From the IMG/VR virus record IMGVR_UViG_3300017985_000024, positions 1-50,031 of that record: 50,031 nt of DNA; one strand, given 5' to 3'. Position 1 is the first letter of the stretch. Each line of letters opens with the position of its first letter. The position numbers and the translations under genes were made by a program. The notes under the pieces were generated by a model. That model did no database searches and was not told where the DNA came from. It saw only the letters and a program-made list of their open reading frames with translations. This stretch comes from a virus (lineage: Duplodnaviria > Caudoviricetes). Shown one piece after another: positions 1-8,590 of this stretch.

Positions 1-300
1 GAGTGGCTTCACCATTCTTGCGAAGCAATCCGTAACGAGGACACTGGATTCACGAAGGTAATCCTCCGCGACGCAAGCGATGAAACCCTTATTGTTGATG
101 TGCAGAAGCCCATCATCATCCACAAGGACGAAGACCATCGTGAGTGGGCAATGGTCAGTGGCTACGACGAGGACTACCGCGAGGCCCAGACCGTAGTAGC
201 AGTAAGCCGCGCACTGGCTATGGCTTGGCGCTTTCACATGACCATTGAGTGCCCCTCTGATGGCGAGGTCTACGTCATTGGAAAGGGGTTTAGTGAGTAA
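1..300 (+). CDS. Hypothetical protein, 5'-truncated
   Basis: Frame 1 is open from base 1 (EWLHHSCEAIRNED...) to TAA at 298-300, so it extends upstream of the listed 100..300 ORF. Confidence 0.6.
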   Translation, partial: EWLHHSCEAIRNEDTGFTKVILRDASDETLIVDVQKPIIIHKDEDHREWAMVSGYDEDYREAQTVVAVSRALAMAWRFHMTIECPSDGEVYVIGKGFSE

Positions 301-610
301 CTGGAATTCTGCAAACAATCCGCGCCGGGCAAATATGCAACGAGTCTGGTCTTATGCAACCAAGGGGGGCATTTACGAGCCAGAAGGACACCCAGACTTT
401 TCTTATTCCACGGCGAACAAGTTTCTGCTTGTTGAGAAGAAGAACTGGGGCCAAGACACAGTTTTTTGGGGCAGCACCCATCAGACCATGAAAGACCTAG
501 TTAATTATGTAAAGACTGGGCCATGGACAGATAGGGGCTGGAAGACGGTTTATGTCTTCGACCTTGATGTAGATTCGACAACCCCAGTGCCCACCCCCAT
601 GTTTTCTTAG
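293..610 (+). CDS. Hypothetical protein
   Basis: GTG at 293 after a GAAAGGGG RBS, overlapping the upstream stop; in frame with ORF 245..610. Confidence 0.6.
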   Translation: MSNWNSANNPRRANMQRVWSYATKGGIYEPEGHPDFSYSTANKFLLVEKKNWGQDTVFWGSTHQTMKDLVNYVKTGPWTDRGWKTVYVFDLDVDSTTPVPTPMFS

Positions 611-622
611 AAAGGAGCCGAA

Positions 623-1441
623 ATGGCGACAATTTCCCCAGATATGTCTTTGCTTGATGCAAAGATTGCTAGCGGACCGCACGACCTCACTGACGCTGAG
701 CGAGAGGCGCGGCGCTTGCTGTTCTCAAAGGCCCACGACGCACGGCTTGACCGTAAAGAGTTGGCAGTTTGGGAATACATCTGCTCTCGTTATTACTTTT
801 CTTTCGTTGGTGAGCCGCACAACCCAACGTACCTAAACGCACCAGAGAGTTACTTTGTTGTCACATGGACCGTCTTGGTAAATGGGCGGCGAATGAGCAA
901 TAGGTCAGTCCAAAAGACTGTTCGCAGCCTTATGGACAAGGGGCTTCTTTCTGGTGAAGCGTATGCCCGCGCATCTGACGGTCGTGGGCTTTACACCGAG
1001 TGGAATATCCGAGTTCCCTTGTACCAAGGTCTTCGCAACCAGATTTCTGAGTCGCATTGGCGCAGGGCACTGATTTACGCACGCGAAGAGAACGCAACGA
1101 CCGATGTTTACCCATATTGGTCGCGTCGTAATGAGTCGTTTGATTCACGAATTCGTAATCTGTTTCATGCAATTGAAGCATTTGACCGAGTTCGCGAACG
1201 TCTTGCTGATATTTTGTCTGACTCAAATATTGATGTGTCTTCGCCCAATGGTTACCTTTGGGCAAGGCAAATTAAGAGTTATTCCGAAAGCGTTTCGCAA
1301 AGCGCAGACCATCTTGCACGCTGTATGCGCGAATATGAGCGTTGTTGCAAGGACAAAATCCGCCGTCAGAGCATGACGCGATACCTTGCGTCTATTACAC
1401 CCGGACAGCCGTTTAACCTCAGCGGCCCCGACGAGGACTAG
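623..1441 (+). CDS. Winged helix-turn-helix domain protein
   Basis: AGAAAGGAG RBS; N-terminal LDRKELAVWEYI...MSNRSVQKTVRSLMDKGLL resembles phage wHTH domains. Confidence 0.6.
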   Translation: MATISPDMSLLDAKIASGPHDLTDAEREARRLLFSKAHDARLDRKELAVWEYICSRYYFSFVGEPHNPTYLNAPESYFVVTWTVLVNGRRMSNRSVQKTVRSLMDKGLLSGEAYARASDGRGLYTEWNIRVPLYQGLRNQISESHWRRALIYAREENATTDVYPYWSRRNESFDSRIRNLFHAIEAFDRVRERLADILSDSNIDVSSPNGYLWARQIKSYSESVSQSADHLARCMREYERCCKDKIRRQSMTRYLASITPGQPFNLSGPDED

Positions 1442-1450
1442 AAAGGAAGT

Positions 1451-1675
1451 ATGAGCACTTCTATTGACCCGAGAAAGATTGACCCCAGTTCTAGGCTTTT
1501 TACTGTTCTTGCTGGCGACCTTGACTTTATTCTTGAGGACAAGGGACTTGACCTAGACAACATGGACCCGCACCTGTGGGCTGCTATCAGGCTGGCTGTT
1601 GAAATTGCAATGTCTAACGTCTGGGCAGATGCTTGTGAGTCAGCAGTAGATACGGTCTTGGCCGAAAGGAAGTAA
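1451..1675 (+). CDS. Hypothetical protein
   Basis: AGAAAGGA RBS, 74 aa, packed between neighbours. Confidence 0.65.
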   Translation: MSTSIDPRKIDPSSRLFTVLAGDLDFILEDKGLDLDNMDPHLWAAIRLAVEIAMSNVWADACESAVDTVLAERK

Positions 1676-1690
1676 CGCAAAAGGCACATT

Positions 1691-1764
1691 GCCCGTGTAG
1701 CCCAATTGGCAGAGGCAGCAGTCTCAAACACTGTTCAGTGTGGGTTCGACTCCCACCACGGGCA
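1691..1764 (+). tRNA. trnL: tRNA-Leu(CAA) with short variable arm, no encoded CCA
   Basis: Acceptor stem GCCCGTG/CACGGGC plus discriminator A; D-loop AATTGGCAGA; anticodon arm GCAGT-CTCAAAC-ACTGT; T arm GTGGG-TTCGACT-CCCAC. Confidence 0.92.
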
Positions 1765-1778
1765 TTGCCTACTGGATT

Positions 1779-1805
1779 TGCTATAGTTCGATAACCCAGA
1801 AAGGA
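1779..1805 (+). promoter_or_regulatory. Putative extended -10 promoter plus CCCAGAAAGGA leader/RBS motif
   Basis: TG-C-TATAGT at 1779-1787, then ACCCAGAAAGGA; similar arrangement at 2844 and 5802. Confidence 0.45.
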
Positions 1806-1811
1806 ATTAGC

Positions 1812-2150
1812 GTGAGCGACAGACCCGTATCCGTAGTAGTAAACGAACTCTACGATTCTTTTAAGAGGGCAGAGGCAGAGGTTGCCGGTCTTAATGAAAA
1901 GATGGCGCTTCTGCGCGAGTGTATTGAGAGTGCCATAGACGACCCCGTTCGCGCACTCTTTTTCCTAGAGAATGTCTCAGTTACAGCCGGTACAGCAGAG
2001 GCATATATCTGCTGGCTTCCCAATAATCTTCTTGGCATTGTGAAAGCGGCAGACGAGTTGCTAGACGCCTACGAAGATGAGGATGCTCGCCGTCAGTTTG
2101 AGATTGATGAGCAGCGGCGTCTTGTTGAGGTGAGTAAGGAGTTTATTTGA
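1812..2150 (+). CDS. Hypothetical protein (coiled-coil N-terminus)
   Basis: GTG at 1812 after AGAAAGGA; the longer 1740 start overlaps the tRNA and was rejected. Confidence 0.7.
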   Translation: MSDRPVSVVVNELYDSFKRAEAEVAGLNEKMALLRECIESAIDDPVRALFFLENVSVTAGTAEAYICWLPNNLLGIVKAADELLDAYEDEDARRQFEIDEQRRLVEVSKEFI

Positions 2151-2344
2151 GCAATTTCTCAGAGGGAGAAACTGTCAGGTATTGGGCAAAGTCCGGCGGT
2201 TGGAGATTCGGGCATTTTGTACGAGTCATCGAATCTCGCACTGGCAAGGATGGGCTAAAGAAGCCAAACCGTGGCCTTGTAAAGCACGGCAGTAGTGAAG
2301 TTGAGGTTCCACTTAAAGAACTTCAGTCGTGGGGTAGCAAGTGA
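2147..2344 (+). CDS. Small basic SH3/KOW-like beta-barrel protein
   Basis: FSEGETVRYW...WRFGHFVRV...VEVPLKEL pattern; TTGA overlap with upstream stop. Confidence 0.5.
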   Translation: MSNFSEGETVRYWAKSGGWRFGHFVRVIESRTGKDGLKKPNRGLVKHGSSEVEVPLKELQSWGSK

Positions 2345-2835
2345 ATATTCCTAAAGGAACAATTTTTATTCCTCCGGAGAAACACATTGCAGCAGTATCT
2401 ACATACTCCCGCGAAGTAGTAGAAGATTTTGAGTGTGAAGATATTTCTGGCGTTGGTGTTTGGATTTGTGCCTCTTACAACAACTCCGAGCCAGAAGTAA
2501 TCAGTCAGATTCCTCGCGAAGTTCTGAATGACGCAGATATGAGAAGTCTGACTTTTGGAGAAGTTGTCCCACAGATGATTCGTGAGTCTGGTGGCAAAGC
2601 GTTTTCTTTTATCGTCCCCATGGTGTTTTCGACACCTAGTGTCCAAAACCAGTTTGCTATTCGCGTACTGGCATTTAATGGATTCCAGTTAGTTGATTTT
2701 TACCTTGCTGGCGAAATTGATGAAGACTTTGTCTTTACATCTTCTTGCCGCAAGTGGCAAAGGGCTACCGGCACAGGTGGTGTCGGTTCATCGCTGATTG
2801 AGAACAGTCAGCGTGCGTTGTATCTGCACGGCTAG
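2341..2835 (+). CDS. Hypothetical protein
   Basis: GTGA overlap with upstream stop; 164 aa ORF. Confidence 0.65.
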   Translation: MNIPKGTIFIPPEKHIAAVSTYSREVVEDFECEDISGVGVWICASYNNSEPEVISQIPREVLNDADMRSLTFGEVVPQMIRESGGKAFSFIVPMVFSTPSVQNQFAIRVLAFNGFQLVDFYLAGEIDEDFVFTSSCRKWQRATGTGGVGSSLIENSQRALYLHG

Positions 2836-2843
2836 ATTTGCTG

Positions 2844-2885
2844 TGCTAATGTTTGTCTCATAACCCAGTACAACCCAGAAGGAGC
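2844..2885 (+). promoter_or_regulatory. Putative extended -10 promoter plus CCCAGAAGGAG leader/RBS
   Basis: TG-C-TAATGT at 2844-2852; tandem AACCCAG repeats; AGAAGGAG RBS. Confidence 0.45.
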
Positions 2886-2889
2886 ACAA

Positions 2890-3870
2890 TTGAGCACTGT
2901 TGAGATTCCCGCCTACGGGACCGAGGACAAGTCCATCACTGACGACCGCGTTACCGCATGGCACGCATCTGGTCTTCTTGTTCGTGGCAACGAGCCTCTG
3001 ACTATTGATGAGGTTTGGGAGCGTGTTCCCGATATCTCTTCTCAGGTCGTTAGCCACGATGTTGTCGTCAATGGGCAGATTGCCAAGCGCTACCGCGCAA
3101 ACGTGCGCGAGCATGACAATCACCTGTTGGGCATCGTCGGGAACAGGTACCACATCGTTCAGAACCGAAACGCCTTCGTGTTCGGTGCCGATGTTATTGA
3201 GCAGTCGGGGGCAATTATTGACTCTGTCGGTGTTGTTGACGACGGAGCAATCGTGTGGTTCGCCCTTAACCTCAATCACGACGTTCAGATTGCAGGGATG
3301 GACACTGAGAAGTTGTCTACCTACCTGCTTATCTCTAACGGGCACGACGGTAAGCACGCACTGACCGCAAGCGTTGTCACGCTTCGGCTCTCGTGTAACA
3401 ACCAGTTGGCCTTTACTGTGCGCAATGCAAAGCGCAAGGTCAGCATCCGTCACACTTCTACAATTGACGGACGGATTCAGAAGGCACGGCAGGCTCTTGG
3501 TATCTCGTTCCGCTACACGGATGAGATTGCCAAGATTGGTGAGCGGCTTATTCAGGAGCCTATCTCGTCTTCAAATGTTGACGAGTGGCTTACTTCCATT
3601 ATGCCCATGCCCGAAGACCCCAGCGACCGTCAGATTGTCCTGACGGAGAACAAGCGTGACGCTGTCCGGTCAACTCTTGCCAGCGCCCCGGACCTCGCGG
3701 ATATCCGCGACACCAAGTGGGGCTTCTTGCAGGCTGTTTCTGACTGGGAGAATCACCAGTCGCGCATTCGCGTCACGCAGAATAATGACGCGGGGCAGGC
3801 GCGTATGTCTCGCTTGCTGAACGGAACCCAGACGGCAAGCAACCGCGCACTGGCTCTGCTTACCGCCTAA
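2890..3870 (+). CDS. DUF932 family phage/plasmid protein
   Basis: LGIVGNRYHIVQN, YLLISNGHDGKHA...LRLSCNNQL, IRHT and TKWGFLQAVSDW motifs typical of DUF932. Confidence 0.85.
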   Translation: MSTVEIPAYGTEDKSITDDRVTAWHASGLLVRGNEPLTIDEVWERVPDISSQVVSHDVVVNGQIAKRYRANVREHDNHLLGIVGNRYHIVQNRNAFVFGADVIEQSGAIIDSVGVVDDGAIVWFALNLNHDVQIAGMDTEKLSTYLLISNGHDGKHALTASVVTLRLSCNNQLAFTVRNAKRKVSIRHTSTIDGRIQKARQALGISFRYTDEIAKIGERLIQEPISSSNVDEWLTSIMPMPEDPSDRQIVLTENKRDAVRSTLASAPDLADIRDTKWGFLQAVSDWENHQSRIRVTQNNDAGQARMSRLLNGTQTASNRALALLTA

Positions 3871-3882
3871 CACTGCTGCTAA

Positions 3883-3908
3883 GGGGCCGGGGGGAAACTC
3901 CCGGCCCC
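3883..3908 (+). terminator. GC-rich hairpin with GAAA tetraloop (terminator or processing site)
   Basis: GGGGCCGGGGG-GAAA-CTCCCGGCCCC right after the DUF932 stop; only a weak U tract follows. Confidence 0.6.
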
Positions 3909-3926
3909 AGCAGTTTAAGGAGGATA

Positions 3927-4868
3927 ATGAGTCTTCTTGCAGACATAATGGTGAAGGGGTTTTGCGAGGACAAGTCACTAGCGCCTCACCCCGTACCCGA
4001 AATGCTTCACGACCCAGTAGCAATTAAATGCCACCAGATTTCACGAGCGTGGTACATGGATGGTCTTTCCAAGAAGAATGATTCAGACGACCTTCTTGAA
4101 AGACTTTCTAGCCTTCCCACCAAGCCGCCATTCAAGAGCGTGTGGATTGAGTGGGAAATCCCATATGCCAAGCGCGTTCAGAAAATGTCACTAGAAGAGT
4201 TCGACAAGTTGGACTGGCTTCCGGATGGCGCATTTGTGTTGACCGACCCAATGGATGAATCCTGCTACAAGGCTTTCATCTTTGCTCACAACGGTTTTAG
4301 TGAGCCGGGAGCGATGCTCACCCGCCCAGTTCTTTTGGGCATGGTTGTCGTTAAGTGGGAATCCGGAGATTTTGACAACCGTCTTATTGCTGCTGAGTTG
4401 ACTGAGATTGGTTCTTACTGCGCTCGCAGTGCTTTTTCTTTTGAAGGCAACGAGGAAGCACTTTCTCTATATGAGGGGCTTAACGAAAGCGAAACTGCAC
4501 TTATGTACTTTCGCCGCACTGGCTCAATTCACACTATTGAGTTGTGTCTTAAGACACTTCACGTTAAGAATGTAGAAGTTGTTGAAGAGCCAGTTAAGCG
4601 CAAGAAAAAGCAGCGCAGGCTTCGCCCAGAGCAGCAGATTTCTTGGCATACGGTGAGGGTCCGCCCCACCGGCAAGAAGTACACAGACTGCGATAGCGCA
4701 AGCCTTCCTACTCTTACGGCCCACCATCTTGTTCGTGGGCACTTCGCTACATACAGCCCAGAAAAGCCATTGTTTGGTAAGTACGTCGGTACCTATTGGA
4801 GAGAGGCACACACTCGCGGCTCAAAAGATGCGGGTGAGGTTGCCAAAGACTATGAGGTGGTGTCGTGA
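3927..4868 (+). CDS. Conserved phage hypothetical protein (C-terminal HxVRGH...W...HxRG motif)
   Basis: TAAGGAGG RBS; HLVRGHFATY...YWREAHTRG...KDYEV tail recurs in phage proteins of unknown function. Confidence 0.7.
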   Translation: MSLLADIMVKGFCEDKSLAPHPVPEMLHDPVAIKCHQISRAWYMDGLSKKNDSDDLLERLSSLPTKPPFKSVWIEWEIPYAKRVQKMSLEEFDKLDWLPDGAFVLTDPMDESCYKAFIFAHNGFSEPGAMLTRPVLLGMVVVKWESGDFDNRLIAAELTEIGSYCARSAFSFEGNEEALSLYEGLNESETALMYFRRTGSIHTIELCLKTLHVKNVEVVEEPVKRKKKQRRLRPEQQISWHTVRVRPTGKKYTDCDSASLPTLTAHHLVRGHFATYSPEKPLFGKYVGTYWREAHTRGSKDAGEVAKDYEVVS

Positions 4869-5197
4869 ACAACAGTCTGTCGCTGTTTTCAAATGAGGCA
4901 ATCGGTGCGCCGACCGCGCATATTGCAAACCCAGAGACTTCGCATGAAGCGGCTGAGAGCATGAGGCAAGCCGCACCAAGCGTCAGGCAGCGCATCATGC
5001 AGGTCATCAAAGACTCTGGACTCCACGGAGCAACAGATGACGAGATTGAGCAAATTACTGGCCTTCGCCATCAGACTGCTTCTGCTGCTAGACGGTCGCT
5101 CTCAAAGGTTGGGCATGTAGTTGATTCTGGTGAGCGCCGAAAGACCTCAAGTGGTCGGAATGCAATAGTCTGGATAAAAAATCCGTATGCACGCTGA
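4865..5197 (+). CDS. Winged-helix DNA-binding protein
   Basis: ETSHEAA...GATDDEIEQITGLRHQTASAARRSL...VVDSGERRKTSSGRNAIVW. Confidence 0.75.
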   Translation: MNNSLSLFSNEAIGAPTAHIANPETSHEAAESMRQAAPSVRQRIMQVIKDSGLHGATDDEIEQITGLRHQTASAARRSLSKVGHVVDSGERRKTSSGRNAIVWIKNPYAR

Positions 5198-5276
5198 CGG
5201 AGCAATCTTTCTCGCAGCAATCATTGTTGCTGCAATTGTGATTGGTATCTACACATTTCTTGGAGGAACCCTTTGA
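5187..5276 (+). CDS. 29-aa single-transmembrane microprotein
   Basis: MHADGAIFLAAIIVAAIVIGIYTFLGGTL*; fills the gap and overlaps both neighbours; not in the ORF track. Confidence 0.6.
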   Translation: MHADGAIFLAAIIVAAIVIGIYTFLGGTL

Positions 5277-5812
5277 GTCCAGTAATCCCCAAGTCCGAGT
5301 ATCCGACAATCGTGGCGCTTTACCGAAATGGTGCTAGCGGTGCTGCCGTGGCACGAAACTATGGAGTAAGCCGCGAGCGGATTCGTCAGATTGTTTCTCA
5401 TTCTGACCCAAATGCACTTTTTGAGCGTAAGAAGCGCCGCGAGGAAATCCATAAGCGCCGTCGTACATGCTCTTGCGGTGGAGAAAAGCACTATGAATCT
5501 TCCGTGTGCAGGAAGTGTGCCAACAAGGCCGCAAAGAAGTGGACGAAAGAACTTATTATTGAGAGAATTCAGGAGTTTGAGAAGGAAACTGGTAACCCAC
5601 CATCTGCCGCAGACTTTTCTCCTGCACTTGCTCGTTCTCGTAATTCTGAGCATCGTGCTAAGCGATGGGAAGATTCAGGGAGGTACCCGTCAACGGGTAC
5701 CGTCGTCAACACTTTCGGTTCGTGGGCAGGGGCAATCAGGGCAGCAGGTATGACACCGAACCGTGGTGGTCGCCCCGCAAAGGGCGGGAAAGCCGCTGGT
5801 GTGGTAGAGTAA
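5273..5812 (+). CDS. HTH + Zn-finger + homing-endonuclease-associated repeat protein
   Basis: VARNYGVSRERIRQI (HTH); CSC...CRKC; WTKELIIERIQEF...PSTGTVVNTFGSWAGAIRAAG repeat unit. Confidence 0.7.
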   Translation: MSPVIPKSEYPTIVALYRNGASGAAVARNYGVSRERIRQIVSHSDPNALFERKKRREEIHKRRRTCSCGGEKHYESSVCRKCANKAAKKWTKELIIERIQEFEKETGNPPSAADFSPALARSRNSEHRAKRWEDSGRYPSTGTVVNTFGSWAGAIRAAGMTPNRGGRPAKGGKAAGVVE

Positions 5813-5840
5813 TATCACTACATACCCAGAAGGAGATTAA

Positions 5841-6491
5841 TTGGGACTCCATAAAAAGATTGCTGAAGTTTCTGCCGCCATTTCTCATGTTGAGAAGAAG
5901 GGCAGGAACGACTTCCACAAGTACGACTACGCTCAGGCTGCTGATGTTTATGCGGCGGTGCGCGATGAGTTTTCTAGTCGTGGAGTGACCGTAGTTCCTG
6001 CTGTGACTTCTTGCGATATCCGTGAGAACGGAAAGAACAAGATTGTTTCAGCCGCTATGGAAATTACCCTTACCGATTCTGAGTCCGGCGAGCAGATGGT
6101 CGTGCCGTGGCACGGAGTGGGCGAAGACACGGGCGATAAGGCTATTTACAAGGCGCTTACTGGCGCACTTAAGTATTTCTACATCCAGTTGCTCTCTCTT
6201 CCAACCGGTGACGACCCAGAAGACGATGCGCACGATAAGCGCAAGAGCAAGCAGGTAGCGTCTGCTTCAGTGAAGAAGGAAGATAATGCTGTCACGCTGG
6301 CGAATGAAAGGTCCGCTGCGCTGACGAAGCATGGTCGTTCCCTTAAGTTGTCAGATGCAGATATCAAAGAGGCGATAGGCGATATCGGTATTGGTAGTCG
6401 CCTTGACCTTGTTAATCCATCAAACCTCTCTGATACCAAGCGGTTTGATGAGGCTATGGCTGCTCTGACAGAAATTGCTAGTGAACGATGA
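5841..6491 (+). CDS. erf: ERF family single-strand annealing protein
   Basis: KKGRNDFHKYDY and GEDTGDKAIYKALTGALKY...LPTGDDPEDD signature. Confidence 0.85.
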   Translation: MGLHKKIAEVSAAISHVEKKGRNDFHKYDYAQAADVYAAVRDEFSSRGVTVVPAVTSCDIRENGKNKIVSAAMEITLTDSESGEQMVVPWHGVGEDTGDKAIYKALTGALKYFYIQLLSLPTGDDPEDDAHDKRKSKQVASASVKKEDNAVTLANERSAALTKHGRSLKLSDADIKEAIGDIGIGSRLDLVNPSNLSDTKRFDEAMAALTEIASER

Positions 6492-6567
6492 TGCAGACGC
6501 AGTAATCACAGTACTATCAGGAATCATTTCAGTACTTATTATGTCTGCCATCATCGGATTTCTATAA
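6481..6567 (+). CDS. 28-aa single-transmembrane microprotein
   Basis: GTG start: (M)NDDADAVITVLSGIISVLIMSAIIGFL*; overlaps the erf 3' end. Confidence 0.5.
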   Translation: MNDDADAVITVLSGIISVLIMSAIIGFL

Positions 6568-6571
6568 CGAG

Positions 6572-6607
6572 CATGGGGACCGGTCCGCTCTTGGGCCGGT
6601 CCCCGTG
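6572..6607 (+). terminator. GC-rich intergenic hairpin
   Basis: CATGGGGACCGGTCC-GCTCTT-GGGCCGGTCCCCGTG. Confidence 0.55.
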
Positions 6608-6624
6608 AGTTTGAAAGGACTTTT

Positions 6625-7407
6625 ATGGGCGACCATATTCTTGAACCTGAGATTGAACTTGACCACCTGAGCGCATCTAGCATTAGGATGTATCTTCGAT
6701 GCCCGCGACAGTGGTGGTACAGGTATGTGCTGGGAATGCGTGTTCCGCCTGACGGTGGTTTGATTTCCGGCATTGCTTTCCATAATGCTGCTGAAACTTG
6801 TCTTACTGAAAAGATTGAGACTGGTGAAAATAAGACGGCAGACGAGGCTCGTGAATTTGCTCGCGATGAAGCGGTGAAGGGCCTTGAAGATGCCGTTCTT
6901 CTTGAAGACCAAAGCGGCGGCGGTGTTGTTGATAAGGCTGTTCGTCTAACTGGTGCGTGGGCAGAAAATGTCCTGCCAGATGCTCAGCCCGCTGAGGTAG
7001 AGAAGAGTTGGGAACTTGACCTTGGCGATATCATTGTTGTCGGTCGAATTGATATGGTCGCAGACGATGGCCATGTAGTTGACTGGAAAACAACCTCTAA
7101 GGCACCCCCTAAGCCCGAAGCCTTGGCCGCAAACCCCCAGACGGGCCTCTACTCTGCTGCCACGGGGAGCAGCACCGTAGAGTATGTCCACGTTGTTGAC
7201 TCAAAGAGCAAGGGTCCATATATCGCACCCGTGACAGTTGATGAAGACCTCGTCACGCGCTCACGAAACCTGTCTCAGGAACTTGCTGTAGACGTTGCTG
7301 GGGCCTGCAAGTCTGGCAGTTTCCCCAGAAACACTGAGGGGTGGCACTGCTCTGCTCGCTGGTGTGGTTACTACAGTCGTTGTATGTCTGGAAAGGACAA
7401 GCCTTGA
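6625..7407 (+). CDS. PD-(D/E)XK RecB/Cas4-like exonuclease
   Basis: HLSASSI..YLRCPRQW, GIAFH, GRIDMV, VVDWKT, QTGLY and C-terminal C..RWCGYYSRC (Fe-S/Zn ligands). Confidence 0.88.
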   Translation: MGDHILEPEIELDHLSASSIRMYLRCPRQWWYRYVLGMRVPPDGGLISGIAFHNAAETCLTEKIETGENKTADEAREFARDEAVKGLEDAVLLEDQSGGGVVDKAVRLTGAWAENVLPDAQPAEVEKSWELDLGDIIVVGRIDMVADDGHVVDWKTTSKAPPKPEALAANPQTGLYSAATGSSTVEYVHVVDSKSKGPYIAPVTVDEDLVTRSRNLSQELAVDVAGACKSGSFPRNTEGWHCSARWCGYYSRCMSGKDKP

Positions 7408-7499
7408 TGTATGGAATTACATATTTCCTTGGAGTTTTGAGCGGATTTCTTATTGCTGTCATAGTTGCCCTCATCGGACTTGATAAGACAGAACTGTGA
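7407..7499 (+). CDS. 30-aa single-transmembrane microprotein
   Basis: MYGITYFLGVLSGFLIAVIVALIGLDKTEL*; TGATG overlap at start and GTGA overlap at end. Confidence 0.62.
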   Translation: MYGITYFLGVLSGFLIAVIVALIGLDKTEL

Positions 7500-7693
7500 A
7501 CGCAAGAAACGTCCACAAACTTTTGAAGAAGCGTGGCTACACTCTTAAGCCAACAGACGACAGCCATCTTGGCGTATTCGACAAACATGGGAATTTGGTC
7601 GCTATGACGCTTATGCCGGGTCGCAAGTCTTCAAAAGAAATTACCCATTCAATGAAGAGATTTCTTCGCAGCATTGGAGTAGATAATGTCTAG
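7496..7693 (+). CDS. HicA-like (dsRBD-fold) small protein
   Basis: MNARNVHKLLKKRGY....DSHL..F.......MP pattern resembles HicA. Confidence 0.55.
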   Translation: MNARNVHKLLKKRGYTLKPTDDSHLGVFDKHGNLVAMTLMPGRKSSKEITHSMKRFLRSIGVDNV

Positions 7694-7889
7694 TAACGGC
7701 TTCAGCATTCCGGCTGTCAATTTTATGGCGTCTATTGCTACTGGACCGACTGCTTGGCAGATTAGCGGCGATGACCCGCCTAGTGCTAAGTTGCGGCTTG
7801 AAATTCCTGCCTCAGAAATCACTAAGGTTCTGCCGGTGATTCTTTGGGGTGAGAAGCCGCTTAAGGTGACCATTGAGGTAGAGCAGTAA
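7686..7889 (+). CDS. Hypothetical protein
   Basis: GGAG RBS, overlapping neighbours, 67 aa. Confidence 0.6.
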   Translation: MSSNGFSIPAVNFMASIATGPTAWQISGDDPPSAKLRLEIPASEITKVLPVILWGEKPLKVTIEVEQ

Positions 7890-8590
7890 TGGGTAAGCGG
7901 GCCAAGAGTCTTACTGAAATCGGTCGGACAAACCCCGTTCCAGACAAGGCTGCCCGTGCCCGCACGAAGGTCTGGAAGCACCCAGACCGGCAGGCTATTG
8001 AAGCCATGCTTATTACTAGGTCTGCTTATTCTGTAGAGCGCTGGCTAAAAGAGCGCTATCCAGATGAAGCAAACATGACTATTCATCGTGCCCGTCTTAT
8101 TGAGTATCGCGATAGATACTTGGTTGATGAGTCGTGGACTGCACCTATTGAAGACAACCCGCTTAAGGACGTAACCCCTGTCCGTATAGACAAGACACAT
8201 CCATTGTGGGAGTTCGATGCTTTGACTGCTCAGGTTGAGGCGCTTGAATACATTGCGTCTCAGGCTGTGCAGCAGGACTCAGAACTTGGTTTGGTGCAAG
8301 AGAACACGATTGAGGCGCTTAACGTGCTTGGTAAGGCGCTCAAAGACCGCGCTGAACTTGCGGCGAAGTTGGGTCTTCCGGGCTACGAAGAGGCAGCCAA
8401 GAAGTTGCAGATTGAGCAGTCTTCGGTGAATGTTGAGGTTCGGGCACATGCAGGTCTTCCTGTATCGCCAGACAACAATCGCCTTGAAGTGGCACGCGCA
8501 CTACTCTCTATGTCCCCAGAAGAGCGTGCGGCGCTTACGTCCGGTCAGGACGAAGTCGTCGTAGAGGCGGAAGACGTTGTAGAAGAGTAG
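7889..8590 (+). CDS. Hypothetical protein, possible terminase small subunit
   Basis: N-terminal HPDRQAIEAML...VERWL helical/HTH-like region, central helices, C-terminal beta-like QIEQSSVNVEV; function inferred only. Confidence 0.4.
   Translation: MGKRAKSLTEIGRTNPVPDKAARARTKVWKHPDRQAIEAMLITRSAYSVERWLKERYPDEANMTIHRARLIEYRDRYLVDESWTAPIEDNPLKDVTPVRIDKTHPLWEFDALTAQVEALEYIASQAVQQDSELGLVQENTIEALNVLGKALKDRAELAAKLGLPGYEEAAKKLQIEQSSVNVEVRAHAGLPVSPDNNRLEVARALLSMSPEERAALTSGQDEVVVEAEDVVEE

Noticed and set aside
1691-1764. tRNA as a prophage attachment site
   Set aside because: Phage-like genes lie on both sides, and no integrase or duplicated tRNA 3' end was seen in the window
1740-1811. N-terminal extension of ORF 1740..2150
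   Set aside because: Overlaps the tRNA T-arm; a good RBS supports the GTG at 1812
6625-7407. Cas4/CRISPR system
   Set aside because: No repeat-spacer array or other cas genes; the position next to erf fits a phage recombination exonuclease
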